DNA from: Podarcis tiliguerta
Lineage: Eukaryota
Reading direction: 5' to 3' (one strand)
Assembly (NCBI GenBank): GCA_965153285.1
Contig: OZ229119.1
Length of the DNA: 64,000 nucleotides
The notes beneath the pieces were generated by a model, which did no database searches, was not told the origin of the DNA, and saw only the letters and a list, made by a program, of their open reading frames with translations. Below, in pieces: positions 1 to 11,745 of this stretch. Positions within the stretch are counted from its first letter, which is position 1. Each line of letters opens with the position of its first letter. The translations under genes were made by a program, and so were the position numbers.

Positions 1-774
1 ATCAAGCAAAATTTTACTTAAACTACCTGATGATTCATCATCAAGTTCTTTCTCCATGTCCGTTGTGCCTTTCTGAGCTATTATTTATAGAATATTTAAC
101 GAGCCTGGACTCCATGTGCTGCTGCTGCTGTGAATGCTATTGTACTGTAAATTACTGTTTCCTATTCGTTTCTGATTCAGTATAGATTGCAGTGACTCAT
201 CCTTCTATTTTGATTGATGCTCTTTAGCGGCTGCACTAAAAGTCACGTTTTGTCACCAGTAATGCCTTGGTATTATTGGAATAAGACTCCTTTCCTTGAG
301 GGTGGGGGAAAACCCTTTATAGTTAGGCAATTTAAGAATAATTTTCTTTTTTCCTCCCCCCCCCCCCCGTTTTTTCCTCTCCCCCCCACACACTTTTTTT
401 TTCTCTCAACAGAAGACTGGCATGCCAAATTGTTTGCAAATTATGTGTCTGTAAATATCACCTTTTGCTCATATTAATTTTGCATGACTCACAACTTTGC
501 AAAGTATTTTGGCTTTAGACATTTGACACTTGCTGTTCTATATTTTTCAGAAAGTCTGCTAAACTTCGGGTAAATTTATTCGGGTAAATGGCTAGGAGTC
601 CAGGTTGCCCAAGGTTCACTCAGCTTGAATGAGAGGGGTTTTAAACTTAAGCAAATCCTAAAGGTATCAGAAAAAAATGAAAGGGGGAATGACCTAAAAA
701 GGAGCATTTGGCTTTAGGGTAGGAGTGCATTGGTAATGGTGCTGGAAAAAGAGAATTGTGGGGGATTACCTTGG

Positions 775-1045
775 AATCGCAGAAGCCTGCTGCAACAGAC
801 GAAGCACCTATCTAATCCAGCAACCTGTTTTCCACAAGGGTCAACCAGTTGTCTTTGGTTGTCCTCAAGGAGGACATGAGAGCAAGAGGACTCTCTCACT
901 GCTGTTTGCTGGCAACTAGTGTTCAGAGATATCCTCCCTCTGATCCTGGATACAGCCTGTAGAGATGTCGACTGCTGTTGTTAGATTTATTACCCAACTT
1001 TCATCAGAAGATCCATGGACAGTTTACAAGAGTAGCCATTGATAT
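775..1045 (-). mobile_element. Old CR1 LINE 3' end fragment
   Basis: Diverged match to the segment also seen at 7365-7510 and 20000-20160 (catctagtccagcatcctg...cacagtggcc...gagcactctc), the reverse complement of a squamate CR1 3' UTR; boundaries approximate. Confidence 0.55.
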
Positions 1046-1117
1046 TAAGTCTTTGCAAAAGTACTAAATGTCAAGTGACAGAAAAACATCCAGTTTTAAT
1101 TGGGATGGAAGATACCA

Positions 1118-1470
1118 TATTGTTGTTGCTGGCATCCATCTGCCTCAAGAGACAATGGAAGAATGTGCCATTGGGGGTAAAGTCAAACCGTTGGAGAGTT
1201 ACAGTGCCTGCTGTGGCTGTAGGGACCTTTATGGGAGAGACATGTTTTATTGTAGCTGGGGCAGATGAAGCTCACCGTCAATCGAAAGGTTGTTGGTTAT
1301 GGTGGAGCGCAGGTGGAACAAATTGCCACCTCAAGAGCATGGTCATCAAAGCTGATGATGCATCTTGGCAACGTCTTGACCCAAGATTTTGGTCTTCATC
1401 AGGCTGGTGGTGAGGCCGAACTCCATGCAGCCTTGGGCAAAATGGTTGAAGAGTCTCTGCTTCTGCATCT
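1118..1470 (-). mobile_element. RTE-clade LINE remnant: RT fragment joined to C-terminal Cys/His motif and 3' UTR
   Basis: Minus strand translates QRLFNHFAQGCMEFGLTTSLMKTKILGQDV and TITNNLSIDGEL (post-catalytic RT region), then FICPSYNKTCLSHKGPYSHSRHC (decayed RTE C-terminal Zn-finger-like motif). Ends gatggatgcca followed by a (caa)n-like tail. Confidence 0.8.
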
Positions 1471-2021
1471 GCAAACTGTTTTCACTCTAGAGTTTCGGAA
1501 CAAATCTCTGTTCTGCCATAGACTCACTGTTAGTGGGAATCACAGTACTAGGGCTGTTGACCATTTGTGACATCTACTGCAATAATTGTGATCAACCAAG
1601 ATATGGCCTCTGAAGCACTTACTGGTAGTATAGATATAATTAACATAATTTCTGTGTTTGTTGGAAAGTTTTCATTTGTGAACGTTGTTCTGCAATTTCT
1701 GTTTCCCATTCAGTGCTGCACATGCCACACTCAGCGTAGGTGGAGGTGAGATGCACTTTTACATGGCTAATTATACACTTCACCTTAACTACACACTTTG
1801 AAAGACGGCACAGTCTAATTGCAGATCAGTGTCTTTATTTTGTCAAGGTCTGTACATGAAAAGTTTTGGAAATAAGTAGGCAGCCTGTTGTAGGAAGCAA
1901 AGGTGTAAGCCCTTGATATCAAACAATAAGGGAAGATTCCATCTGCCAGTCCCCAACTAGAAAAATGATACAGCAGAATATAGATGTTATCCATTTCTAA
2001 ATACCAGTTATGCCTTTATTT

Positions 2022-2444
2022 GTGTACGTTTCCGAGCACAATTCAAAGTGTTGGTGCTGACCTTTAAAGCCCTAAACGGCCTCGGTCCAGTATATCTGAA
2101 GGAGCGTCTCCACCTCCATCGTTCTGCCCGGACACTGAGGTCCAGCTCCGAGGGCCTTCTGGTGGTTCCCTCACTGCGAGAGGCCAAGTTACAGGGAACC
2201 AGGTGGAGGGCCTTCTCGGTAGTGGCGCCCGCCCTGTGTAACGCCCTCCCATCAGATGTCAAAGTGATAAACAACTACCTGACATTCAGAAGACATCTGA
2301 AGGCAGCCCTGTTCAGGGAAGTTTTTAATATGTGACATTTTAGTGTATTTTTCATCTTTGTTGGAAGCCGCCCAGAGTGGCTGGGGAAACCCAGCCAGAT
2401 GGGCGGGGTACAAATAATAAATTATGATGATGATGATGATGATG
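2022..2444 (+). mobile_element. L2-clade LINE, 5'-truncated, young (ORF2 C-terminus, 3' UTR, (GAT)n tail)
   Basis: ORF 2048-2335 LVLTFKALNGLGPVYLKERL...RTLRSS...RAFSVVAPAL.NALP...FRRHLKAALF is a typical L2 ORF2 end. 3' hairpin ggaagccgcccagagtggctggggaaacccagccagatgggcgggg; CpGs retained. Confidence 0.9.
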
Positions 2445-2736
2445 AGCTGTTCCTTTTCTCCCTCAACCACACACACACACACCACATTGCCATCAATGTT
2501 ATTAATGGCTCCTTAGTTGAGATACAGAGTTTTTTTCTGCTACCACATCCCCATATTTGTGCAACAGTACTCCACAGTATTGCAAAAATAAATAAATTCA
2601 TAGTCCTCTGTTACATACTGGGTGATATTGAATGTTAACCATACTCAGAAGGAACCCATTTGAAGCAAGGGTTCTACTCATTTGAGTATTGCCCATTTGT
2701 TCTCTTTACAGTGTATATTTTGATTGCTTCTCAAAA

Positions 2737-2820
2737 GCCATAATCCTATGCACACTTGCCAGGGAGTAAGTATCACTGAACTGAACGGAACTTACCGTAC
2801 TTATGAGTAGACATGCAGCA
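2737..2820. repeat. Short (~85 bp) imperfect-palindrome interspersed repeat
   Basis: aatcctatgcacac...gagtaagt...acttac...gagtagacatg; related copies near 5882-5970, 16684-16752, 42668-42750 and 47886-47970. Confidence 0.6.
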
Positions 2821-3021
2821 GTCTGCTAGCACAATGGAACTTCTTTCCTTCCTCTTAGCTGCCGAGTCTTGGTGACCCTTGGAAAAGGCTTTGGATGTGG
2901 TGCAGGGAATGCAGCTTGAGAAGGGACTTCACAGAAACACCACCTCCATGGGGTGGCCTTTGAATTTAACTCAATGCATTTGGTGGTCATTTCTTTCTAC
3001 TTTAAAAGACCCCGTGTGAAG

Positions 3022-3151
3022 CAGGGTTTGGGAACCTGTGGCCCTCCAGATAACTGCTGGACTCCAACTCCCAGGCAACATGGCCAGTGGTTAGGAAGGA
3101 TGGGAATTGTAGTCCAGCAAAATCTGGAGCACCACAGGTTTCCTACCCCTA
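3022..3151. mobile_element. Short hAT-type MITE (~130 bp, foldback)
   Basis: cagggtttgggaacctgtgg ... ccacaggtttcctaccccta imperfect TIRs; internal inverted arms ccaga..ctggact..aactccc / gggaattgtagtccag..tctgg. Confidence 0.75.
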
Positions 3152-4380
3152 CCAAAAGTTAATTGGAAAGCAGCATACCTGAAAGCAGCATAATTGTATT
3201 ACTGTATTATAATAAATGAGAAAGTCTCATATCCAAGCATTTGTGTGTTAGAAGATTTGACCGTGCCTAGCAAGCCATAAATACTGGTGATGTCACTTTA
3301 TTTCTCTCCCTCCACCTCTTTCTTAGTGTGAATAGATTCCAGAAGAGCTAATTAAATTCTTAATCTGATCCTAGGCTGTGAGAAATCTCTGCTTGGATGC
3401 ACATGATTAAGTTCGTCGTCTATGCGATTTCTCTCTCTCTCTCTCTTTGATTGTGTGATTTCAAGTTTCCCATTACTGGAGGATTTTTAAATTGTTGTCT
3501 AAATCCTTGTCAAAAGGAGCAGCCACTTGAAAATAGAGACTGGCAAAAGGTACTCAAAAACAAAACAAGGTGAGGGGTGTTTCTGTGTGTTCACTGCAGG
3601 TCCAGCTGATGATTCGGAGAAAGAAAATTCCTCCAGCTTCTAGCTAATTAGCTGTTGATTTAAACTCTTTCTGGCACAGGGCACTGTGTTTTGCTCAGTG
3701 TAGGATCTCGGTAACTGGCAGTATCAGTAAGAGCTTAGAGAGGGGAGGGGGCAGAAGCTATTATCATCTGTTGAAAAAAAGACTTAACATTTATGTTATT
3801 TTTGTGGTGCATCTCCTCAGAAAGTAGGGCATCTGCAGAAGGCATTAGCTGTGGCTCTGGCATTATAGTTTGTCAGCTGGTCACTTTCATATTTTCTAAT
3901 TGAGTTCCTCCACCAATGGGGAGGCAGGAAGCATGAGAACTTGCCCTTTAAAATGGCAGCTTGTTAGTTTGTCTGTGTTTTGATCTCTTCTGATGAGAGT
4001 GCAAGGTTTTGTTTCTAACAGAACTACAGGGCTCACAACAACAGATTTATCAGGTTTTTAAAATGTTTCTCAGAAGCTGAAGGTCACAGTTGCTGATTAG
4101 ACTTCATATTTGTGTTCTAGCAGCCAGCAAATGAGTTGACCTGGGTGGAAAGTGTTGCTGAAAAAGGGCAGGGCACATGCTTAGCAGTGATAGGATCTGC
4201 TGTGATATCAAAAATAGCATGAAATTGATATGCATTCTGTATATTGGCCTGCATATATTTATGGACTCCAGCATATGTGCGTTGAGGTAAAGTCTATGGA
4301 ACATCTAAGCAGGAAGGTCTGTAATGTGTTCCAGCTTGGCAATAAAGTTTGTGTGTGTGTTCTTGGGCAATATCCAATTA

Positions 4381-4403
4381 GTGTGTGTGTGTGTGTGTGT
4401 GTG
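4381..4403. repeat. (GT)n microsatellite, followed by (AC)n(AG)n
   Basis: Read directly. Confidence 0.95.
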
Positions 4404-4953
4404 TAATTAGGATACACACACACACAGAGAGAGAGAGAATTGTGTGCCATTTTACAATAAGGCTTGCAAAAGAAGATCACAATCCTATACACATAGACTT
4501 GCAGGTGTGTACTTCTGAGAAGACTTGTTTAGCCCTGTTTTGTAAATGTTGAGTGATTGTTAATATTGCTGCTGTTATCCTAGAATTTACTAGCTGCTTA
4601 TTGTAAACAGCAATGCAAGAGGGAAATGAAATGCAGAAGTTCCTTTGACCTCAATGTATGAACAAGGTGTTGTAGAGGTGAATTGTTACCGCAGATGTTT
4701 ACAATTCCTCCTCCCAACAGTGGGTATGAGTGCATGTGAAATGATGGAGAGACTTAGGGCTGTACAATATTAACCCTGTGAAAGTAGAGGAAACTGAGGT
4801 TTAATTTTTAGCTTACATCAACAATACTCTAAAGCATAATAATATCTCTGTCTAATTTTTCCTTACTACTAGTAGTTGTAATAATAATGAATCCTTCACC
4901 AGAAGGTTCCAGGGCATGTGGCAATAATTGAAAATTCAGTATTAAAAACAGTT

Positions 4954-5185
4954 GAAAGAAGAAGAAGAAGAAGAGTTTGGATTTGATATCCCACCTTTCA
5001 CTCCCTTTGAGACTCCTTTCCCTTCCTCCCCCACAACAAACACTCTGTGAGGTGAGTGGGGCTGAGAGACTTCAGAGAAGTGTGACTGGCCCAAGGTCAC
5101 CCAGCAGCTGCATGTGGAGGAACGGAGATGCAAACCCGGTTCCCCAGATTACGAGACTACCACTCTTAACCACTACACTACACTA
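4954..5185 (-). mobile_element. tRNA-derived CORE-like SINE (Squam3-like) with (CTT)n tail
   Basis: Minus strand has box A gtgtagtggttaagag, box B-like ggtttgcatctcc, CORE-like gctgggtgaccttgggccagtcac, and a (ctt)n tail. Confidence 0.8.
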
Positions 5186-5881
5186 GACTACAAATTCACA
5201 GGAATGGGGTGGGTCCTAAAACACACACATATCAGGTGTCAAAGGCCAGGATAAAGAAGTGTGTCTTCCATATTTGTGCATGTATATAAATAAATGATAG
5301 GAAACTGAAGATGCTGAGAAATGCTGTTTTGTGCTAGTGTAAAACCATAACAATATTTAGTTTGCAGTGCTTAGATCATTGTACTGAGGAAATTATTATC
5401 ATTTATAAACATAAAAGTAGCTGCTAAAAAAATTAAAAGCTTTACTTTCCCTGTATATCAGATAAGGCATCAGATGTTGTCTCCATTAACATTCTGCAAG
5501 ATCATTTGCAAAAGAATAGCCACAGAAAATGTGCTGTACAGCACATCACATTCCTGTCATAACAAAACATTTATGTTCTGAAGACCTGTTCTATTTGAGC
5601 TGTGATCTTAGTTGAATGCTGCATCAGAAATCCAGGGAAGCGAAAAGGAAAGCACAATAGTGAAATGAAGCAGATTTTGCATGAATATTAGGAGTCATCA
5701 AAATGTAGGATGCAGCGTGTGTTCTGTGATTTTCATTCAGAATGGCAGCTTCACCTTCACACTGATAAACCAAGATAATGTGATAATCTGGACATGTACC
5801 CACCTGGGAACTTAAGCCAAAGCTGCTGGGGGGGGAAACATACTGCACAGTTTTGAATGGTTTACTCTCATCCATGTAATG

Positions 5882-5970
5882 TAGGCTGCAGTTTAATGCA
5901 TGTGTATCTGGGGATAAGTCCCACCAAACTCAGTTGGACTTCTGAGTAGACAAGCACAGGATTGAACTGT
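5882..5970. repeat. Short palindromic interspersed repeat (same family as 2737-2820)
   Basis: ataagtcccacc..actca..ggactt..ctgagtagaca.gcacaggattg. Confidence 0.6.
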
Positions 5971-6833
5971 TAAGTGCTTAATTTTAACTGGATTGTGCAC
6001 AAGTATATTTTGAATTCCATCTGTTGATGCAATATGCTGTGTGTCCACTTAAAGGAATGATATGATGCTATTGACCTCTTGAGAGCCTTGAGACAGAAGG
6101 CTTGCTCAGTGGAGGTATGTTTTCTGAACTGAAATACATCTGCTGCTGTGGTTCCTACACTTTCACAATTTCAGGTTGTATTTTGGCAGTTCATGGTAGA
6201 AAAAGAGACTCTGTATCAGCCTCCTCTGGGAAGTTCTCTGGGCAGTTCTGCTATAGATGGTCAAAAGGTTTAGTCTGTCAATTGTTTAAAAATAGCAACA
6301 ACAAAAAATCCTCCCCTCACCCAACACACTGAATGCTGAACTGAAAAGAGGAATTTAAGAAATAGCTTGGGAAGAAAGCCAAGAGAAGATTTCTGTTTGA
6401 AAGGACTGTGAGTTCAGTTCCAGTACTGAAAACAAATTACTGAGGTGGACATTATGAGCTCAGAGGTACCCAATTCCCATATTCTAAGTGGATGTTCATC
6501 TTGTTGAGTCACTGTTTTAAAGTCTGCTCTGGTTGGTAGACCTGAGATTTTCTTCTACAAAACAAAATAGATCCTGTAAGTCTGAAGTCTGCCCAGCCCT
6601 GAACTAAACTATGTTTTAAAAGCAGTTCCTTACATAATTTGAATTTATAGTAAAACTGATAAATGATGACCTGAGTCTCAGCCCTGTGTCCAGCATTCCT
6701 TGAAGGTGGGGAAGCCACCATCAGGCTAAGAGGCCTATTATTTGCAGCTGTACCATGAAATAAGCCCTACTGTGGTTTTCTTCTAAGGAAAGTGTGGAGA
6801 GCATTGGAGCTTGTAAGTGCTGAAAGAGCCTTT

Positions 6834-7019
6834 GGGAAGTGTCATAGCTCAGTGGTAGAACACTTGCCTTGCATGCGGAAGGTCCCAGGTTGAATTCCTG
6901 GTATCTCCAAATAGGGCTGCAGGAGACTCCCTTCCTGGAACCCTGGAGAGTCAGTATAGACAATACTTAGTTAGATGGACCAATGATCTGACTCCGTGAC
7001 ATAGGAACAGCTTCCTGTG
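6834..7019 (+). mobile_element. tRNA-Ala-derived SINE with CR1-like 3' tail (Squam2-like)
   Basis: Head tagctcagtggtagaac..ttgcatg..ggtcccaggttgaattcctgg (A and B boxes, TGC anticodon); tail tagacaatact..tagatggaccaatg.tctgactc. Confidence 0.85.
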
Positions 7020-7364
7020 AAAAATCTCAAATTTGATTCGATTCTACCAGGACAGGAGGGAAAATTACAGACAGAATGAATGTGTGCTGTGCTTCTTTCT
7101 GGGGCCTGTATTCTAGGTTTATTGGGACATCTGCTGCTTGTGATATAGACAATGATGTTTTAGAGTCACAGATGTGTGTTATGTATGCAAAGGAGTAAGC
7201 AGAGGGAAGAACAGAATGTGGTTCACTCTACACATTACATGGAGTTCCATTTCATTTTCATCTGCACATTAAAAAAACAACAACAAACCAGCCACGCCAG
7301 CATGGGAATAGGAGTGGAGAAAGCGTGGGGGGAGAGAGGCTGCTTAACCTAGTTAAGCATAGTT

Positions 7365-7510
7365 TTGCTAGATCAGGCCAATGGCCCATCTAGTCCTTTA
7401 TCCTGTTCTCACAGTGACTGAACAGAAAGCTGTAGGAACACAGCAAACTTGGCATGAGCACAACAGTTCTCTGCCCACATGTCATTCTCAGCTGCTGATA
7501 TTTAGTGGCG
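7365..7510 (-). mobile_element. CR1 LINE 3' end fragment
   Basis: gatcaggccaatggcccatctagtcc...tcctgttctcacagtg, shared with 20000-20160. Confidence 0.7.
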
Positions 7511-7952
7511 TGGAACATTTTTACCCATTGTAGGAAAGACAAGGAGACCCTGACTCTTCTCCTCTGTGGGTGAAAAGGAAGTTCAGGGAGGATTATTTTG
7601 ACCTGGAAAAATGTCTGGGAGAGCAAGTGAAAAGTAGCCAATCTCTAACCATCTTTCATAACCATCTAAAGCAGGTTTTATTTCTATTTTTTAAATGGAG
7701 AAAAATAACACATAACTCCATCTAACGCATAGTTTGCGTCTGAGAGTGGCATTGTTATTTCATACACCGCTCTTAAAAACAAAACAACATGTAAACAACT
7801 TTGTCCCCTAAAATAAATCATTGTTTTTGCAAGGTTTTGGTGTTTTGTTTTTTTGATAGGGTAAGATTAGAACATCTAGCTGGTTTGCCTGCATTTGGTC
7901 TCATTAGCTACATTTTGCACAGATTTCAATCTTCTTTTATTTCATTACCCAG

Positions 7953-7975
7953 AATTATGCATCGTTATAAGTAAG
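7953..7975 (+). other. Candidate 23-nt microexon (18 nt if the upstream GTAAGG donor is used)
   Basis: tcttcttttatttcattacccAG|aattatgcatcgttataagtaag|GTAAGT: pyrimidine tract, CAG acceptor and a perfect consensus donor in unique DNA. Confidence 0.35.
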
Positions 7976-10149
7976 GTAAGTTCATTCTGTATCCCAAGGG
8001 ACTTGGATACACGTGTTTCAGATCTGCAAAAGCTTGTAAAAACATAGGTCACATTTCATAATAACATGTATCATGTTATTGTAAAATTGATCTTACTGAC
8101 AGTAAGATTTGCTTTAATCCAACCAGGGAGAACCAGAAATTGGAGCAGGATTTCACATGTGGTTCCTCTCAGCTTCCAGCAGTGGTAGCATGTTATTATT
8201 TACTGGATTGTCTTCATATTATTGTAACAAAGGCATGGCACATGTATGTATTTTCAGGGACCACCTTGTTCTCCATACAGTGCCTCAGGGGCCAGGAGTG
8301 AGTTTTGCCACATGAAATGATCCCCTTCAAAATTCACCATTTCTCTTGCAAAGGTCAACTATCGGCTATTAAGAACTTCACTCATGGAATACATGTATTC
8401 AAATATAGCTGGGCTATTCCATGCAAAACTGAAAGAGATTAAAGTGCAATCTTTGTAGAAGATGTAGAAGACACTCTGGCAGCTACACTCAGTGGGCCAA
8501 CCACACAGTATGTCAGGGTGTGTTTACTGTCCACTTTGCCTGTCCTGACTTCCACCTGATGACTCTCAGCTTGATTATAACCAGAGGTTCTATTCCAAAA
8601 CCACCACAATGCCCAAACATAGATCGTGTGCAAGTCAGCAGCTCTATCAGAGCCCTAAGGTTCATTGGCTAGGCATAAGCTAAGTCATTGTCCCAACACG
8701 TCACACACACTCTGAACTCCCAGTCATTCACACAGTTGGTGTCTTGAGCCTTGGGCAGATTTTTCAAGTGGGATGGATCGACTCTTGTTGGTACAGCCAT
8801 AGCTATATCCTTGAAGGTGGAGGCACAGATGCTCAGTATCTGATCCAGCCACTGGGCTCCTTCCCAGGATCCAATTCTACAGACTTTGTTGAATAATTCC
8901 TCCTCTTCTGACTAGCCTTGCCAAGACACCCTGTTCACGACACTACCTGGGATGATATATGTTTGTGCATATTGTGTGAGAAATAGGAGAGGGGAGAAGG
9001 AGGGATGAGCTGATTAATGAATGAAGAGAAAGCTGGTTGGTTGGGAGGTGTCATTGGGATGTGTGTGAGAGAGAATGTGTGAATGTAGAGGGGGTAAAGA
9101 GGGAGGGAGGGAGGGAAGAGTGTCTCCATTCACTTTGGCTCTGATCACAAATAAACATTTTCCTGATACAAGCCTGGATCAGTTCCCTCAGACAGAAGGC
9201 ATTTCTGAGGTTTCCTTCCAATTGTATTCTGCTACATCAATGGAAAACCTGAAAATTGGGCTCCAGAGACTGTCTAGTATAGTGCAAGGAGCTGGTTTCA
9301 ATGAAATGGAGAAGCCTCATGCATGCAAATGTTTGCTGCTAAAGCAGTAGTGGCAGCGTTCTGTGGTGCTGCACAGATGCCCTCCTGATACTACTGTCTC
9401 AGGTTTTTATGTAGACAGGGCTGGGCAGTGAGGTCATAATCCCACAATTGCATCAACACAACAACCACCTTAGGAACCTGCACATCTCTGTCACCACCAC
9501 CATCCCACCCAGGAAAGTAGCAAGGACTCCATTGTTGGGAGGGCAGCTCTGTGGCTGTATGCCACTACATGAGCAGCTGCTGCTTGAAAGAGCTTTTTAG
9601 ATTTAGCTGACATAAATGAAAGGTAGCAATATAACATCAATGGAAGATAACCATTCAAGTTAACTGCCTACAATGACTAAGATGTGGCCCAAAGTAAAGA
9701 TTTGCTCAGTGAATTAGCATGTGAATTGAAATTCTTTTTTTCAAAACACTACTGGTGTTTCTTTCCTTCAGAGAGACTTTATCTTAAACACCTCTGAGGC
9801 TCTTGGATCCCTGTGGTTTGGAATCAGAGAAGACTCCGTATCAATCAAAGCATGGTAGTAAAATGACAGCTTCATGTAATTTTAGTGATACCCATTCTCT
9901 CCAGTGAGCATGATGAATGCATGATCAAGTAGTTAAATGCATTTAATCTATTGACTGGAATGTCCTTATCAAGTGGCAGATAAGGTCTGTCTCTTGTATT
10001 ATGGCTGGTCAGGCAGTTCACGATATACTTGGGTCAGCCATAAAGGCATACAAAGAAAATGGACATCATTTATGTATCACTTTTATGGTACTAACAAGCT
10101 ACTTCGCAAGCTGGAAATAAATGTCCATGTTGGACCACTGGGGCAGTTT

Positions 10150-10315
10150 CTCCATCTAGTTCAATATTGGCCACTTCAACTGGTGGCCTCTTTCCATGGT
10201 CTCAGGCACAGAACTGTCGCTAGACCTGGAAACAGAGACCCTATACTTACAAATGCCAAGAATCTTGAACTGTGCATGCAAAACTTGTGCTGTATCACAG
10301 AGCAGCAGTGCCTCT
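10150..10315 (-). mobile_element. Degenerate tRNA-Ala-derived SINE
   Basis: tccatctagttcaatattg... and tgcatgcaaa..tgtgctgtatcacagagc match the reverse complement of the 6834 copy. Confidence 0.55.
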
Positions 10316-11503
10316 TGCCAGGGGCACCACTAGGGCCAGAGCCCCACCGCCACCAGCAGCAATACTATACTGGCCAACAGTCTCACTTAGCAGTTAGCTG
10401 TTGGGCAACTTCCTAATGCAGCAAATGGTTTTGGAATTTTTGAATCAATGGAGACATTTGCTGTTGCTGCTGTTGTTTCTCTATGAGGAATTGAAGACTA
10501 TTTAGACACCACTGCTTCCTTGCCCTCACTGCCACCTCCTTTTACTTCTATCAGCTTGCACTTCATCACTCTCAATGTTTTCATGGTTCATTTCCCATAG
10601 ATGAACTTCAGCCTTCTTGTATCATGAACAAAAAATGCTGTGGCATCTGCCTTTGTGTTTTGACATGGTAGTGCACATGTTACTTGAAAGCAAATCTGAC
10701 TTTCTTTGGTTTCATTTTCATTTGCATTCTATATTTCATTTTTATACACAGGAGTAACCCCCCCCCCCAATAAACAGAAGGGCTATACCTGAAGTAACAA
10801 AACATATCACTATAAATTTGGGCTCTCTAATGTGGTGCCTGCAGCACTGTCACTCGCTCAGAAACCCCTCTTGGCACCTATCAATTTTTTAAAAATGAGG
10901 GATTTGTGCTTTTGTTTTGGTTGGAGGGCTTGTATGGGTTTTTTGGGGGGGGTTTGGGTATGGGTCTTTATCTGGTTTTTATGGGGGGCATGTGACTGTT
11001 AGCCTGCTTTGGGGTATAATTTCTGAGTATCACCAGTTTTTCTTCTGTGAAATAAATTTTGTGGTGCCCAGAACAGTTTCTTCAATTTCTGCATGTACCT
11101 CCTGTGATAAACACAGAAGCAAGACATCATTGCGGTTGTACATTGAATGGTTCTTTTAATGATTGTAACTAAATATTTATTCTATTTTTTAACATGCCTT
11201 GCAATAGCTGATACCCAAACAGCATATAGTACAAGTATCACATTTTAAAATATCAAAAGATATAATTCAATACTCAAAATTTCTGTTGGCTAATCAAATT
11301 GTTCCTTAATCCATATTGTTTTAAAAGTACTTCTTGCTAGTTGTAGACAACAGCATTCATGTGCAAACAGTGCATAAACCCAAATGGCTGCCATGTGTAG
11401 TTTGGTCATAAGTATTTGCATTAAAAAAACAAAACTAAAAGGAGGAGTTAGCAGTCAGAGTACTCCCTCATGAATTAGCTCTGGAATGTGCCTAATGATG
11501 GTA

Positions 11504-11745
11504 CAGTGGTACCTCGGGTTAAGTACTTAATTCGTTCTGGATGTCCGTTCTTAACCTGAAACTGTTCTTAACCTGAAGCACCACTTTAGCTAATGGGGCC
11601 TCCTGCTGCTGCCACGCCCCCGGAGCATGTTTTCTGTTCTCATCCTGAAGCAAAGTTCTTAACCCGAGGTAATATTTCTGGGTTAGTGGACTCTGTAACC
11701 TGAAGCGTATGTAACCTGAAGCGTATTTAACCCAAGGTATCACTG
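11504..11745. mobile_element. Tc1/mariner (Tigger/pogo-like) MITE, 242 bp
   Basis: TA|cagtggtacctcgggttaagtac ... gtatttaacccaaggtatcactg|TA (20/23 TIR match, TA TSD); siblings at 30899 and 49058. Confidence 0.9.

Noticed and set aside
2048-2335. 95-aa host gene
   Set aside because: It is the L2 ORF2 C-terminus.
3600-3710. Possible exon (ctgcAG|gtccagctgatg...ctcg|GTAACT, GPADDSEKENSSSF*)
   Set aside because: Weak pyrimidine tract and donor, early stop, and unrecognised peptide.
6834-6910. tRNA-Ala gene
   Set aside because: The acceptor stem is degraded and runs into a SINE body found several times in the window.
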